The notes beneath the pieces were generated by a model. The model made no database searches. It had not been told where the DNA came from and saw nothing but the letters and a program-made list of their open reading frames with translations. The position numbers and the translations under genes are program-made. From the sequence record MK295204: a stretch of DNA of 64,000 nt, one strand, 5' to 3'. The stretch is from Shigella phage vB_SdyM_006. Below, one piece after another: positions 37,236-46,752 of the stretch (its first letter is position 1; the number at the start of each line of letters is the position of its first letter).

Positions 37236-38657
37236 CTATTTTCTGGTATGTTCTATCCAGTCTTTTACTATTTTTTGATCTTCTATATTATCAGGGTCTA
37301 ATTTTCTACCTAGTTTTCTTAGAAGATACATATAACGATATTTTTCTTTAGTAGTCATTTCGTATTGTTTTTGAAATGATAATCGCTTTCTTGTTTGTTT
37401 TGCTTTAGGAACTTCTAACATGTAATCAGTACAGATAGTAGCATTTTTAAAATACTTATCTTTTATATACTTTGCTAATCTCATATCAGGAACAAATAAA
37501 TTAACTTTTTTATTGCTTTTATTGACCCGGATATTAGTTCTTGCACATAATTGAAAAGCCGGTTCAAGATATTTTGATACTATATAAGCGTTAACTAATT
37601 CATCTTCTTCTAACCCTGCTGATATAGCAAGTTCTTTTAGTATAGGAATTTGCCATGGTAATGGGTTAAAGCTAAACATGACTACAACGTTCCTATAATC
37701 CGTATAGGAGTTTAATCCATGTGGGTTATATGGAACTTCAAGTCCTTTATTAAAACGCGCCCTGTATGAATTCCTGGTGTATATAAATGGCTCATCTCCA
37801 ATTAACCCGTCAAGAATATTTTTGATTCTGGAATAATTGGTTAAACCATCAATTTCTTTATCAGCATTATGTTTAGACCAAGAATTTTCAAACATAACGT
37901 TTATTTGGATTCTTGAAGTATTAGAATATTCTTTAAATACGAGTTTATCTTCTAGAGGTGATTTAACAAAATCCCATTTGTTAAAATATTTTAGAATTTT
38001 ACCAGTAAAAGTGTCTTCTATATTTGCTGCAGAAATAGTTACTTTATCAAAAACTTCCCAATCTTTACTAGACACGTCATTAATAAAATAGCATGTTGCG
38101 CCAGATTCCGTTTTAGATATTTTTGTTGGAATACCTTGTAATAAAGCTTTGTATAAAGGGAGTAAACTCACACAGATATCATCTAATTGGTTAATACCCT
38201 GTAATGCAAGTTCTTCTATTTCTTCTTTATATTTTTCATCTAAAATAAGATCTGATAATCCATCACTTATAGGAAGACAATATTTAAGGATTTCTTCTAA
38301 ATTATGAGAAAACGTAAATTTATTAAATGACACTAATTCTGGGACTTCATCAATATATAGACTAAATCCTTTGAACTTACTAAAATCCGTAATTGATAAC
38401 AATGCAGAATGAGTTATAAACAAAACATCTGCTTGTGTTTCTTCAATAGCTTTATTAACAGACTTTGAGCCAAGTTTATTGTCAGAATCAATTAATACCC
38501 CTTGTCCGCCCAACGAGCAAAAATAATCAAAGGATTGCTTAGACAAAAGCCTCGATATCGAGGCTATAATTGATTTTTCTTTTTTATTGACAATATTTTC
38601 TACAATGGCTTTAGTCTTTCCAGCAGCTGGAATTGCTTTTAAGACTTCAATTTTCAT
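37236..38657 (-). CDS. P-loop NTPase (Walker A and B), function unknown
   Basis: 473 aa; KAIPAAGKTKA Walker A near N-terminus, LYIDEVPE Walker B; no counterpart of this size remembered between nrdH and 55 in T4. Confidence 0.45.
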   Translation of the reverse strand: MKIEVLKAIPAAGKTKAIVENIVNKKEKSIIASISRLLSKQSFDYFCSLGGQGVLIDSDNKLGSKSVNKAIEETQADVLFITHSALLSITDFSKFKGFSLYIDEVPELVSFNKFTFSHNLEEILKYCLPISDGLSDLILDEKYKEEIEELALQGINQLDDICVSLLPLYKALLQGIPTKISKTESGATCYFINDVSSKDWEVFDKVTISAANIEDTFTGKILKYFNKWDFVKSPLEDKLVFKEYSNTSRIQINVMFENSWSKHNADKEIDGLTNYSRIKNILDGLIGDEPFIYTRNSYRARFNKGLEVPYNPHGLNSYTDYRNVVVMFSFNPLPWQIPILKELAISAGLEEDELVNAYIVSKYLEPAFQLCARTNIRVNKSNKKVNLFVPDMRLAKYIKDKYFKNATICTDYMLEVPKAKQTRKRLSFQKQYEMTTKEKYRYMYLLRKLGRKLDPDNIEDQKIVKDWIEHTRK

Positions 38658-38968
38658 TATTTAAATCCATTTGCACGTAATTTTTTATATTTACGAATAC
38701 CTTTTGTAGTAATTTCTGTAGGACCTTGGATATTAGGCTCGACACCAAATGCCTGAATACCAAAGTTATTTAGAATAGACTCTACCATAATTTCTCTAAT
38801 ACCTGTTTTAGAAATTTGGTGATGGTCTTTGTTAAGAGAGGAATGAAGCTTTTGTTCATGTATATCTAAAAATCTTGGAGTTACAATTTTATCTTCACTT
38901 AATAATTCTTCAGCGATAGGAAAAATATAATTTTTAATTTCATTGCGAAGTAACTTACTCATAATCAT
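38657..38968 (-). CDS. hypothetical protein
   Basis: Track start TTG; ATG at 38968; 1-nt overlap with ATPase gene. Confidence 0.3.
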   Translation of the reverse strand: MIMSKLLRNEIKNYIFPIAEELLSEDKIVTPRFLDIHEQKLHSSLNKDHHQISKTGIREIMVESILNNFGIQAFGVEPNIQGPTEITTKGIRKYKKLRANGFK

Positions 38969-39233
38969 CTCCAATATATTTTTTTAATCCAGATAAACCA
39001 CCAACTGATTTATCATTAATGAATATTTGTGGGTATATAATACTAAGGTTTTGTTTATTAAGCATTTTTGCTAGAGAAATAATTGTTTCTCTGTGATAAT
39101 CAAATCCTTCTGGTGTATTATATAGAACCGGGATAAAAGTGTACTCTAATTTATGTTCTTCACATAATCTAACAGCTTCTTTACATGAATAACAACGACC
39201 AACTTCTTCAGGAATGCCATAAATTATTATCAT
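38955..39233 (-). CDS. nrdH: glutaredoxin-like protein NrdH
   Basis: 92 aa; CYSC redox motif near N-terminus, thioredoxin-fold length; adjacent to nrdG/nrdD. Confidence 0.6.
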   Translation of the reverse strand: MIIIYGIPEEVGRCYSCKEAVRLCEEHKLEYTFIPVLYNTPEGFDYHRETIISLAKMLNKQNLSIIYPQIFINDKSVGGLSGLKKYIGDDYE

Positions 39234-39466
39234 AAAAATTTAGTAAGGCCAACATTCATATAAAATCTATGTTTGATATTAGGACCTTTAACTTCAATTG
39301 CCATTTTGTCATAAATTATCCAAATATACTGATAATCTACATCAGAAGGGAGATTGAACATATTATTGTCTTCTAATTTAGCATTTAAAAATTTAATGCT
39401 TAAAAAGCCTAATCCAAAGTCACATTCTTCCCAACTTCGGATTCCTAGTTGTTCTTCAATTGTCAT
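39230..39466 (-). CDS. hypothetical protein (paralog of next ORF)
   Basis: 78 aa; GIRSWEECDF...NMFNLP similar to GIESWESDWF...NIFGLP in neighbour. Confidence 0.35.
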   Translation of the reverse strand: MTIEEQLGIRSWEECDFGLGFLSIKFLNAKLEDNNMFNLPSDVDYQYIWIIYDKMAIEVKGPNIKHRFYMNVGLTKFL

Positions 39467-39467
39467 A

Positions 39468-39710
39468 TTATTCTCTTTCTAAAATAAATTTTTTAATATT
39501 GTAATCTATACCATCAGATTCTTCAACGTCTTTAACATTGAAGCCATCGCCATAATAAGTTATAGAATAATAATTAGGCAAATTTTCTGGTTTAGGAGGC
39601 AATCCAAATATGTTATTTTCTTTTAGGACAACACCACAAAAACATTCTTGTTCTCTATCAAACCAATCAGATTCCCAGCTTTCAATACCATAAGCATCAT
39701 CTAAAATCAT
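39468..39710 (-). CDS. hypothetical protein (paralog of previous ORF)
   Basis: 80 aa, ATG start. Confidence 0.35.
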   Translation of the reverse strand: MILDDAYGIESWESDWFDREQECFCGVVLKENNIFGLPPKPENLPNYYSITYYGDGFNVKDVEESDGIDYNIKKFILERE

Positions 39711-39718
39711 AATAACCC

Positions 39719-40195
39719 CTAGTTATAGTTAACCCATTTATTATTAATTTTTCTATACATTTTTTGATTATCTGAACCACGATAAGGCTTATCAGTTGGT
39801 TTAGTATAGTCATACTTTCCATCTATAATAACATCAACATACTCTAAAAGCTCTAAGGCTTCTTCTGGGATATCATTAAATTCATATCCGGTCCAAAGCC
39901 ATACATCTTTCCCTGTTTGTTCTTTAACTTTTTTACAGATATCAATAACGGATTTAATGTTAGAACGATACAAAGGGTCGCCGCCTGTGATTGTTAAACC
40001 TTTAATATATGATTTATTAACCATAGAGATTAAATCGTCTAGAGTTGATTCTGTGAACTCCTGTCCATTACGCTGGTTCCAAGTAGACTTGTTATAGCAT
40101 TGTTCACATTTATGAGAACATCCAGTAACAAAAAGGACCGTTCTAAATCCTTCGCCGTTTAAAGAATCACATGGGACAAGTGATGCATAATTCAT
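39719..40195 (-). CDS. nrdG: anaerobic ribonucleotide reductase activating protein NrdG (radical SAM)
   Basis: Start moved to ATG at 40195 (GGAG Shine-Dalgarno); MNYASLVPCD...FVTGCSHKCEQCYN (CxxxCxxC), GGDPLY; matches T4 NrdG. Confidence 0.8.
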   Translation of the reverse strand: MNYASLVPCDSLNGEGFRTVLFVTGCSHKCEQCYNKSTWNQRNGQEFTESTLDDLISMVNKSYIKGLTITGGDPLYRSNIKSVIDICKKVKEQTGKDVWLWTGYEFNDIPEEALELLEYVDVIIDGKYDYTKPTDKPYRGSDNQKMYRKINNKWVNYN

Positions 40196-40209
40196 TTTAT
40201 TCTCCATAC

Positions 40210-40231
40210 CAAAAAGGACCCGAAGGTCCTT
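40210..40231 (-). terminator. intrinsic terminator hairpin (identical to 4674-4694 element)
   Basis: aaaaaggacccgaaggtcctt; U-run on minus strand; upstream of nrdG start. Confidence 0.6.
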
Positions 40232-40233
40232 AA

Positions 40234-40566
40234 TTAACAATAAGCGTAGCATTCATTAGATTTTTTCTTATATACAGAATCACTATTTGTCCAGTCAACA
40301 TCTTCGGGGTCAAAATAACATTCTGCATCTTCATATGAACTTTCTAATCTAAGAGCTTTATGGGCAATTAGACGTTTGTCAGAACGAGATATTTTAGCTT
40401 GAACATTTTTAACTTCGGAAGAGATTCCTTTCCAACGTTTAGGTTTATCAGAGTGAAAAATATTATTTGATACTTCTGTTTGACAGATATTACCACGTGG
40501 TTTTCTTGAAGTAACATCATAATAACCATTATTTTTAACAGTTTTTCTTCTAATAGTTTTACCCAT
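40234..40566 (-). CDS. hypothetical basic protein
   Basis: 110 aa, ATG start. Confidence 0.35.
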   Translation of the reverse strand: MGKTIRRKTVKNNGYYDVTSRKPRGNICQTEVSNNIFHSDKPKRWKGISSEVKNVQAKISRSDKRLIAHKALRLESSYEDAECYFDPEDVDWTNSDSVYKKKSNECYAYC

Positions 40567-40575
40567 ATTAATTCC

Positions 40576-40839
40576 TTATGCTAAATGTCTACTCAAATGC
40601 GAAAACCCATTATCTTCTAACTTTTTAATATTTCTTTCTAAAGAATCTTTGTCGTATACAAAATACCCATCATCGGCTTTTATAATAGTACTTTGGCCAG
40701 TTTCAGGGTCTCTTGCAATAGCCAAACCAATATGATGAAGGACTGTTGTATTAATAAAATACAAAAGACCTAAATCCGACATATCATTCCAGTCTAATTC
40801 TGGTTTTTCTGGAATAATATTAATTCCTCTTTGTTGCAT
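40576..40839 (-). CDS. hypothetical protein
   Basis: 87 aa, ATG start. Confidence 0.3.
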   Translation of the reverse strand: MQQRGINIIPEKPELDWNDMSDLGLLYFINTTVLHHIGLAIARDPETGQSTIIKADDGYFVYDKDSLERNIKKLEDNGFSHLSRHLA

Positions 40840-40849
40840 ATATTAATCC

Positions 40850-41041
40850 TTAAAACAATTGGATTCGTTCTTCTAAAATATTTTCATATTCTATCATAGT
40901 GTTTAATTGAACTGTTAATAAAGCTTGTTCTTTTTCACTTAAAGAGTTAAACATGTCGGTCGTTCTAAAAGATGATAATTTATAAATTTTATCACTTAAT
41001 TCGGTCTTTTCATCAATTACTCGTTGTTGATGTGGTTGCAT
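40850..41041 (-). CDS. hypothetical protein
   Basis: 63 aa, ATG start. Confidence 0.3.
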   Translation of the reverse strand: MQPHQQRVIDEKTELSDKIYKLSSFRTTDMFNSLSEKEQALLTVQLNTMIEYENILEERIQLF

Positions 41042-41084
41042 ATATTAATCCTTTATCAAATCCAGTGGCAGGATGCCATGGTAA

Positions 41085-42956
41085 TTAGTCTAATTTATCA
41101 TTTAATATTGGTTTAGCAATATGTTTTGTTCTATGGATAACTTCTTTTTGTTTACCTTCGTTAAACCCACGAGAAGCAGGATTTCCAAGATATCCACAGG
41201 TACGACGGACAACAGACATTTTCTTTACATCCATTTCACCACATTTTGGACATTTAAACCCATTTTCTGTAGGAATAAATTCTCCATGGAATTCACATGT
41301 AAAGCATTGGTCAACAGGAGTATTTGTTCCAAAATAATCTAGATTTTCTACAGCATAATCCCAGACCTGTTCTAATGCATCAAGATTATCCTTCATATTA
41401 GGGAGCTCAACATAAGAAATATGACCACCAGATGCAATACGGTGATAATCCTTTTCAAATTCAATTTTCTCAAATGGATTAACTTTACGTTCAACATCAA
41501 GATGGAAACTATTTGTGTACCAACCTTTATCTGTAATTCCTTTAACAGAACCAAATTCTGCTTTATCTAATTTGCAGAATCTGTGACATAAACTTTCTGC
41601 GGGAGTAGAATAAAGACTAAATGCATATCCAGTTTCTTCTTTCCATTTAGAAAGATAATAATTTATTTCTTTAAGAATATGTTTACCAAATTCTTGGGCT
41701 TCTTTATTATCAAATGGTTCATCATTAAAAATCAGTTTTAATGTTTCGTGTAAACCAATATATCCTAGCGAAATAGAACTTCGTCCATTTTTAAATAATG
41801 ATAATATTTCGTCATTAGGGTTCATACGAACACCAAAAGCGCCACCACAATATAAAATTGGAGCTACAGAAGCTTTTGCACCACGTAAAGAATCAATTCT
41901 AGTCATAAGAGCAGTATAACAGAGGCCAAGACGATCTCTCAATGATTGGATATATGATTCTTTAGATAAATTGTCACTACCTAATTCCAGGGCTATTCTA
42001 GGAAGATTTAATGTGACTACACCTAGATTATTGCGTCCATCTAAAATTTCTTTGCCATTTTCTTTATAGACACTTAAAAAAGATCTACACCCCATAGGAG
42101 AAACTGGGACCGAACTACCGGTTATTTCTTTATTAATTTTAGACGAAATAATATCTGGGTACATTCTTTTAGCTGAACATTCTAATGCTAATTTTTTAAT
42201 AAAATAATTAGGGTCTTCAGGTTTAAGATTAATTCCTTCTTCAATAAAGAAGACTAATTTAGGAAATATCGCAGTTACTTCATCTTTGCCTAAGCCTTTA
42301 ATTCTATTTTTAAGAATAGCTTCTTGGATAACTGTGCCGGCCCATGAAGTAGAAGTTCCAAAAGAAATAGTCACAAATGGCGTTTGTCCATTAGAGCTAA
42401 AAAGCGTATTTATTTCATATTCATACGCTTGGAAAGCGTCATAAACATCTTTTTCTGTCTTCTTCATAGCATAATCTTCCCAATCAGGAATACGCCATTC
42501 AAAAGCTTCATTAAGATGTTTTTGGTATGTAGCTTCTACGTAAGGCTCAAGAACAACATCAACATTTGCAAATGTTGTTCCACCATATTGATGAGAAGCA
42601 ACTTGGGCTGTGACTTGGGCCATAATTGCACAAGCTACACCAATTGATTTAGGTGTTTCTATTTCCGCGTTACCAAGCTTAAATCCATTTTCAAACATGC
42701 CTTTTAAATCAACTAAACAACAATTTGTAAAAGGCAGTGATACACTATAATCTAAGTCATGATAATGAATAATACCTTTGTCGTGTGCTTCTACGACATT
42801 AGAAGGCAATCTACTACGAGCCACGTACTTGGAAGCAATTCCGGCCAGTAAGTCACGTTGAGTAGGAAAGACACCATAGGGCTTGTTTGCATTTTCTGTA
42901 GAAAGTTCATTTGATTCACGATTACATACCTCATTAATTTGAGAAATTAAGTTCAT
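41085..42956 (-). CDS. nrdD: anaerobic ribonucleoside-triphosphate reductase NrdD (glycyl radical enzyme)
   Basis: 623 aa; C-terminal zinc ribbon CFTCEF...CPKCG and glycyl radical motif RRTCGYLG; continuous ORF (no intron). Confidence 0.85.
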   Translation of the reverse strand: MNLISQINEVCNRESNELSTENANKPYGVFPTQRDLLAGIASKYVARSRLPSNVVEAHDKGIIHYHDLDYSVSLPFTNCCLVDLKGMFENGFKLGNAEIETPKSIGVACAIMAQVTAQVASHQYGGTTFANVDVVLEPYVEATYQKHLNEAFEWRIPDWEDYAMKKTEKDVYDAFQAYEYEINTLFSSNGQTPFVTISFGTSTSWAGTVIQEAILKNRIKGLGKDEVTAIFPKLVFFIEEGINLKPEDPNYFIKKLALECSAKRMYPDIISSKINKEITGSSVPVSPMGCRSFLSVYKENGKEILDGRNNLGVVTLNLPRIALELGSDNLSKESYIQSLRDRLGLCYTALMTRIDSLRGAKASVAPILYCGGAFGVRMNPNDEILSLFKNGRSSISLGYIGLHETLKLIFNDEPFDNKEAQEFGKHILKEINYYLSKWKEETGYAFSLYSTPAESLCHRFCKLDKAEFGSVKGITDKGWYTNSFHLDVERKVNPFEKIEFEKDYHRIASGGHISYVELPNMKDNLDALEQVWDYAVENLDYFGTNTPVDQCFTCEFHGEFIPTENGFKCPKCGEMDVKKMSVVRRTCGYLGNPASRGFNEGKQKEVIHRTKHIAKPILNDKLD

Positions 42957-43423
42957 TTTAAAGATTTCCTTAAAGCTTTTTTGTATCTTTTAGTTAACTC
43001 GGTTTTTGTATCTGTTTCTAGATATTCAAATCCGTGTAATACCATTTCTTCTATCATTTCTTCTTTAGACAACCGAGAAAACTCTTTAGATTTGTCTATT
43101 ATATACTGTGGATGGATAGGATTTTCACTGCTGTCTTTTTTTAAGTAAAATAAAAGGTTCTCCATCCAATTAATATATTCTACTTTAGATTTTAGTCCTG
43201 AACGATTAAATTTATGCTTCAACTGTCCTTCTGCTGCATTACATAAAGGGCATAATAATCCACGAACTCTTCCAGCTTCAGGACCAGATAACGCATGGTC
43301 ATGGTCCAAATGATTTTTTTGAACATCTTTATCTAATTCTAAACGACAAATACAACAAAGGCCCTTTTGGGCCTTATATAATTTTTCTTTTTCTTGTTTA
43401 AATGATTTTCCGGATAATAACAT
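42953..43423 (-). CDS. 49: recombination endonuclease VII gp49
   Basis: 156 aa; GLCCICRLELD...NHLDHDHALSGPEAGRVRGLLCPLCNAAEGQLKHKFNRSGLK closely matches remembered T4 endo VII. Confidence 0.85.
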   Translation of the reverse strand: MLLSGKSFKQEKEKLYKAQKGLCCICRLELDKDVQKNHLDHDHALSGPEAGRVRGLLCPLCNAAEGQLKHKFNRSGLKSKVEYINWMENLLFYLKKDSSENPIHPQYIIDKSKEFSRLSKEEMIEEMVLHGFEYLETDTKTELTKRYKKALRKSLK

Positions 43424-43462
43424 TATAACCCCTATAATTTATCATATAGAGGTATTTATTAA

Positions 43463-43717
43463 TCACCAAACCAAATATTGTGGAGTCAGCTTTTTAGTAT
43501 ACTTAATAAGATTTCTTATTTGTTTTCTTGTAGGTTTAACATCAAAAACATTTAAAGCCACACGTTCATGTGGATATTCACCCACTTTAACTTTTAATGT
43601 CCATCCTAAAACTATATGTGGAGCCATTTTACAATAAGAAATTTGTACCTTTACCGGATTTTTAGCATCATTACTTGAATACTGTATAATTGATGGTGTA
43701 TTAATTTCATAGCTCAT
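43463..43717 (-). CDS. hypothetical protein
   Basis: 84 aa, ATG start. Confidence 0.3.
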   Translation of the reverse strand: MSYEINTPSIIQYSSNDAKNPVKVQISYCKMAPHIVLGWTLKVKVGEYPHERVALNVFDVKPTRKQIRNLIKYTKKLTPQYLVW

Positions 43718-43720
43718 AGC

Positions 43721-43876
43721 TCATAGTTCACCTGTCTCATACCATTTTTGTTCTTGCTCATCTGTATCAAAGAAACCTTCAAGTCCAGTAGGAAGAGCAC
43801 CCGAAATTCTACTTAGAAGGCTATATAATTTTTCGTTTTGGTCTTCTAAATAAGCAATACGATCTTTATCGTTCAT
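43721..43876 (-). CDS. hypothetical small protein
   Basis: Track ORF extends to 43924 overlapping nrdC; ATG at 43876 follows nrdC stop with AAGGA Shine-Dalgarno. Confidence 0.25.
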   Translation of the reverse strand: MNDKDRIAYLEDQNEKLYSLLSRISGALPTGLEGFFDTDEQEQKWYETGEL

Positions 43877-44138
43877 TAATATATTCCTTAAATTTATCAA
43901 ATCCACCAATAGATTTATCATCAATAAAAATCTGTGGCATTGTTAATCCAACTTCTGAGCGTCGGTTTAAACGTTGTACTAATTCATCAATAACTTGTTT
44001 ATTAAGAACAGGTCCTTCAGATTCTGAAACAGGAATAAAAGTATATTCGAGTTTTTTAACATCTGCTAATCGTTTAGCGTTAATACATGGAACACATTTA
44101 AAGTGTTTAGGGTCAAATCCGTAAATTTCTATTTTCAT
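43866..44138 (-). CDS. nrdC: glutaredoxin NrdC
   Basis: 90 aa; MKIEIYGFDPKHFKCVPCINAKRL...GLTMPQIFIDDKSIGGFDKFKEY matches remembered T4 NrdC. Confidence 0.75.
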   Translation of the reverse strand: MKIEIYGFDPKHFKCVPCINAKRLADVKKLEYTFIPVSESEGPVLNKQVIDELVQRLNRRSEVGLTMPQIFIDDKSIGGFDKFKEYINER

Positions 44139-44404
44139 TTAGATACTGCCATTCTTGTTAATACTGCAGGTAAAGTGAATAATGTAATACTTGGGTGGTC
44201 GACCCAATCGATTTCTTCTACTTCGCCATCATCATCTACAATAGTTTCTTTAAAGAAATCGGCTTCACGAAAATATTGACCTGCAACAGAAGAAAATTGT
44301 TCGCGATTAAGGCCATATTTAGCTAGGGTTTCATCAGAAACTTCTTCATTAGTTAAAACATCAATAGAATGAAAATATTTAGATTTTGTTCTTGTTACTT
44401 GCAT
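44135..44404 (-). CDS. hypothetical protein
   Basis: 89 aa, ATG, ATGA coupling. Confidence 0.3.
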   Translation of the reverse strand: MQVTRTKSKYFHSIDVLTNEEVSDETLAKYGLNREQFSSVAGQYFREADFFKETIVDDDGEVEEIDWVDHPSITLFTLPAVLTRMAVSK

Positions 44405-44414
44405 ATAAATGACC

Positions 44415-44639
44415 TTATTTAATTAAAAAATTGACATAACGTTTACACACGGTATGGATAAAAATAAACACATTTGAAATGATAGTGAGAGTAAAAATTA
44501 ATGGCCACAACAATAAAAGTATAACAAAAGCCTGTACAGGGCTCTCGATATCCATTGTTTTTAATCTAGAATCAAATTTAAAACAAGCAGAAGCTATAAC
44601 GAAAGATACTACAATATAACTAATAATATACAATAGCAT
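44415..44639 (-). CDS. hypothetical membrane protein
   Basis: 74 aa, two hydrophobic segments. Confidence 0.3.
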   Translation of the reverse strand: MLLYIISYIVVSFVIASACFKFDSRLKTMDIESPVQAFVILLLLWPLIFTLTIISNVFIFIHTVCKRYVNFLIK

Positions 44640-44652
44640 TTTATTTCCTCAA

Positions 44653-44832
44653 TTAAAAAGTCATTTTGCAATGTCGACATTTATATTTTAAGTCTTTATA
44701 TTGCCATGATACTAATTGCACCTGGTTTGTCCCACACCCCGGACAGTGCGGAATATTTTTAGAAGCATCTTCACGACGCTTCACCATTTCTTCTACTTTT
44801 TCCCAATTAATAATATCTTTATGAAGAACCAT
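44653..44832 (-). CDS. small zinc-ribbon protein (not in ORF track, 59 aa)
   Basis: Hand-translated: MVLHKDIINWEKVEEMVKRREDASKNIPHCPGCGTNQVQLVSWQYKDLKYKCRHCKMTF; CPGCG...CRHC four-Cys ribbon; fills gap between flanking genes. Confidence 0.35.
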   Translation of the reverse strand: MVLHKDIINWEKVEEMVKRREDASKNIPHCPGCGTNQVQLVSWQYKDLKYKCRHCKMTF

Positions 44833-44834
44833 TA

Positions 44835-45830
44835 TTATTCCTTAAAATTGTAGTAGCTTTTTACTTCTTGTAAATAAACATCATGGATAAACTTATTCCA
44901 AAATTCTGTATCAACCTGTTTAGGCATACCATTTTTAGCAGCAATTATTGCTTTCTTTTCAACATCATCTACAATTGCTTCTAAATTCTGTTGAACGAGT
45001 TTAAAATCGATTTTACCTTGTTTGATATCTAATATTTGTCCTGACATTTTTAATGGCATAACTAAATCGCCAGTATCATAGATTTCGGCTAATTGTACAC
45101 CTGCTCTATATGCATGGCTTAAAGCTTTCCAATCAATACCTTCATTAGCTTCTGCTTTACGAGCTCGTTCGCCATAATTTTGTTCTAGTTTAACAAGAAC
45201 TTTGTTGAATTCAGCATTAGTGAGTGTATCTTGGAATTTTCGGTCTAATAGGCTATAAAATGTTTGTTTACCCGTTTTTTCATTTTCTGTGCTTGTCCAG
45301 AATGCAACACTTGATTTAGGAAGAGCACCTTTCATATGTTCTAAACGAATTGGTGCTCCATTATCAAACACAGGACCCCAGTCATTTGAAACTTTTAACG
45401 CAGCTCTTAACGCAGCTAATCTTGAACCTTTTACACCGTATTTCGATGCCTGTTTACGAACATATCCTAAATAGGCCTTCATATTAGTTGTATAAAATCT
45501 CGAACGATTATCTCTAATAAACCGCCATACTTCTGGTAAATCAGAATGAATGACCATTTGGTCTGGTGCATGGATTAAATCAAGCGCTACGGTTTCACCA
45601 GATGCCGCTAGGTTTAAAAAGTATTTTAACGAATATAATTCATGATCAACATCATCTGAAGTGTTCTTAGATGACCCAGGATTGGTATTCATGTTAAAAT
45701 GCTCTTTAACACGACATGAAATAATACTTTTGGCATCTGGAATATAAATTTCTTTATAATCTAAATCCGATTCTGGAGTACTAGTTCCATATAAATGAGA
45801 ACCAAATAAAATTTTTGCTACAGATTTCAT
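44835..45830 (-). CDS. hypothetical protein with Pol-beta-type nucleotidyltransferase-like N-terminal motif
   Basis: 331 aa; FGSHLYGTSTPESDLDYK resembles G[SG]x(9-13)DxD NTase signature. Confidence 0.35.
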   Translation of the reverse strand: MKSVAKILFGSHLYGTSTPESDLDYKEIYIPDAKSIISCRVKEHFNMNTNPGSSKNTSDDVDHELYSLKYFLNLAASGETVALDLIHAPDQMVIHSDLPEVWRFIRDNRSRFYTTNMKAYLGYVRKQASKYGVKGSRLAALRAALKVSNDWGPVFDNGAPIRLEHMKGALPKSSVAFWTSTENEKTGKQTFYSLLDRKFQDTLTNAEFNKVLVKLEQNYGERARKAEANEGIDWKALSHAYRAGVQLAEIYDTGDLVMPLKMSGQILDIKQGKIDFKLVQQNLEAIVDDVEKKAIIAAKNGMPKQVDTEFWNKFIHDVYLQEVKSYYNFKE

Positions 45831-45832
45831 TA

Positions 45833-46306
45833 TTATTCCTGTTCTTGTAAAGAATTAATAGTATCATTATAAATTCGTTTAGCTTTTTCTTTGTCCGAAA
45901 CGTATCCAAAAAGATAATCTAAAGCTTCTTTCGAAATATCTTGATACTTCACTTTCCACTCTTTGTAGTATTCGGTCAATTGCTGGTCTTTTTTAAACAA
46001 TTCATCTAATAAAGGAATGACTTTTTTATAATGGAAAATACAGGTTCCAATAACTTCCGAAATGTATTCATCTTTAACAGGAGTGCCAGACGTAATTAAA
46101 TTATCTGTGATTTGTAAATTAAAGAACGCTGTTTTGCAATCTGATAACACTGGATTGTTAAAAGCATACAAGTCTTCACATAATTCAGTTATTCGTTTTT
46201 CTGCTTTCTTTTGTTTTGCTGACGGGTTAACAAGCCCACCGAATAATTGGATTGGAGGATATTTTGCAATATTAGAAATAAAAGTTCTTTGTAATTGTAA
46301 AGACAT
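45833..46306 (-). CDS. hypothetical protein
   Basis: 157 aa, ATG start. Confidence 0.3.
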   Translation of the reverse strand: MSLQLQRTFISNIAKYPPIQLFGGLVNPSAKQKKAEKRITELCEDLYAFNNPVLSDCKTAFFNLQITDNLITSGTPVKDEYISEVIGTCIFHYKKVIPLLDELFKKDQQLTEYYKEWKVKYQDISKEALDYLFGYVSDKEKAKRIYNDTINSLQEQE

Positions 46307-46315
46307 ACTTTATCC

Positions 46316-46534
46316 TTATAATAAAACCCATTTGCCATTGTAGTTATTATCATCATTATCTGTAGACACAATAAGATGATCACCGTCAGTCCAAAGTTTA
46401 ATTTTGTAAAGATCATCGCATATACGCCTAGCGTAGTAAATTCTGTTTTCTTCAATGCCATTAACTAAGTTATTATGGTCATCTTTATTACTAATACAGC
46501 CTAATTTAACTAATTGTGTCATTCTTTCATCCAT
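46316..46534 (-). CDS. hypothetical protein
   Basis: 72 aa, ATG start. Confidence 0.3.
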   Translation of the reverse strand: MDERMTQLVKLGCISNKDDHNNLVNGIEENRIYYARRICDDLYKIKLWTDGDHLIVSTDNDDNNYNGKWVLL

Positions 46535-46752
46535 CCATACACAGAATATTTAATTTTAAAATCCATTTCTTCAGAATATGTATATGACTGTGTCATTCTA
46601 TTATACTCAACAACTATATCTTTAGCGTTTGGATTTGAAAAAATAGCTACAGGATTTAATCCCATAGCAGAATAAACAACATCACTTTTAAATTTATAAT
46701 CTAAGCCATTAACTTTGTATACTTTATTTTCTTTTAACATTGTGGTTCCCAT
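46519..46752 (-). CDS. hypothetical protein
   Basis: 77 aa, ATG start. Confidence 0.3.
   Translation of the reverse strand: MGTTMLKENKVYKVNGLDYKFKSDVVYSAMGLNPVAIFSNPNAKDIVVEYNRMTQSYTYSEEMDFKIKYSVYGWMKE

Noticed and set aside
41085-42956. Group I intron in nrdD (as in T4) or elsewhere
   Set aside because: nrdD and the gene 42 homolog are single continuous ORFs collinear with the expected proteins; no split gene or intron-encoded endonuclease seen in this window
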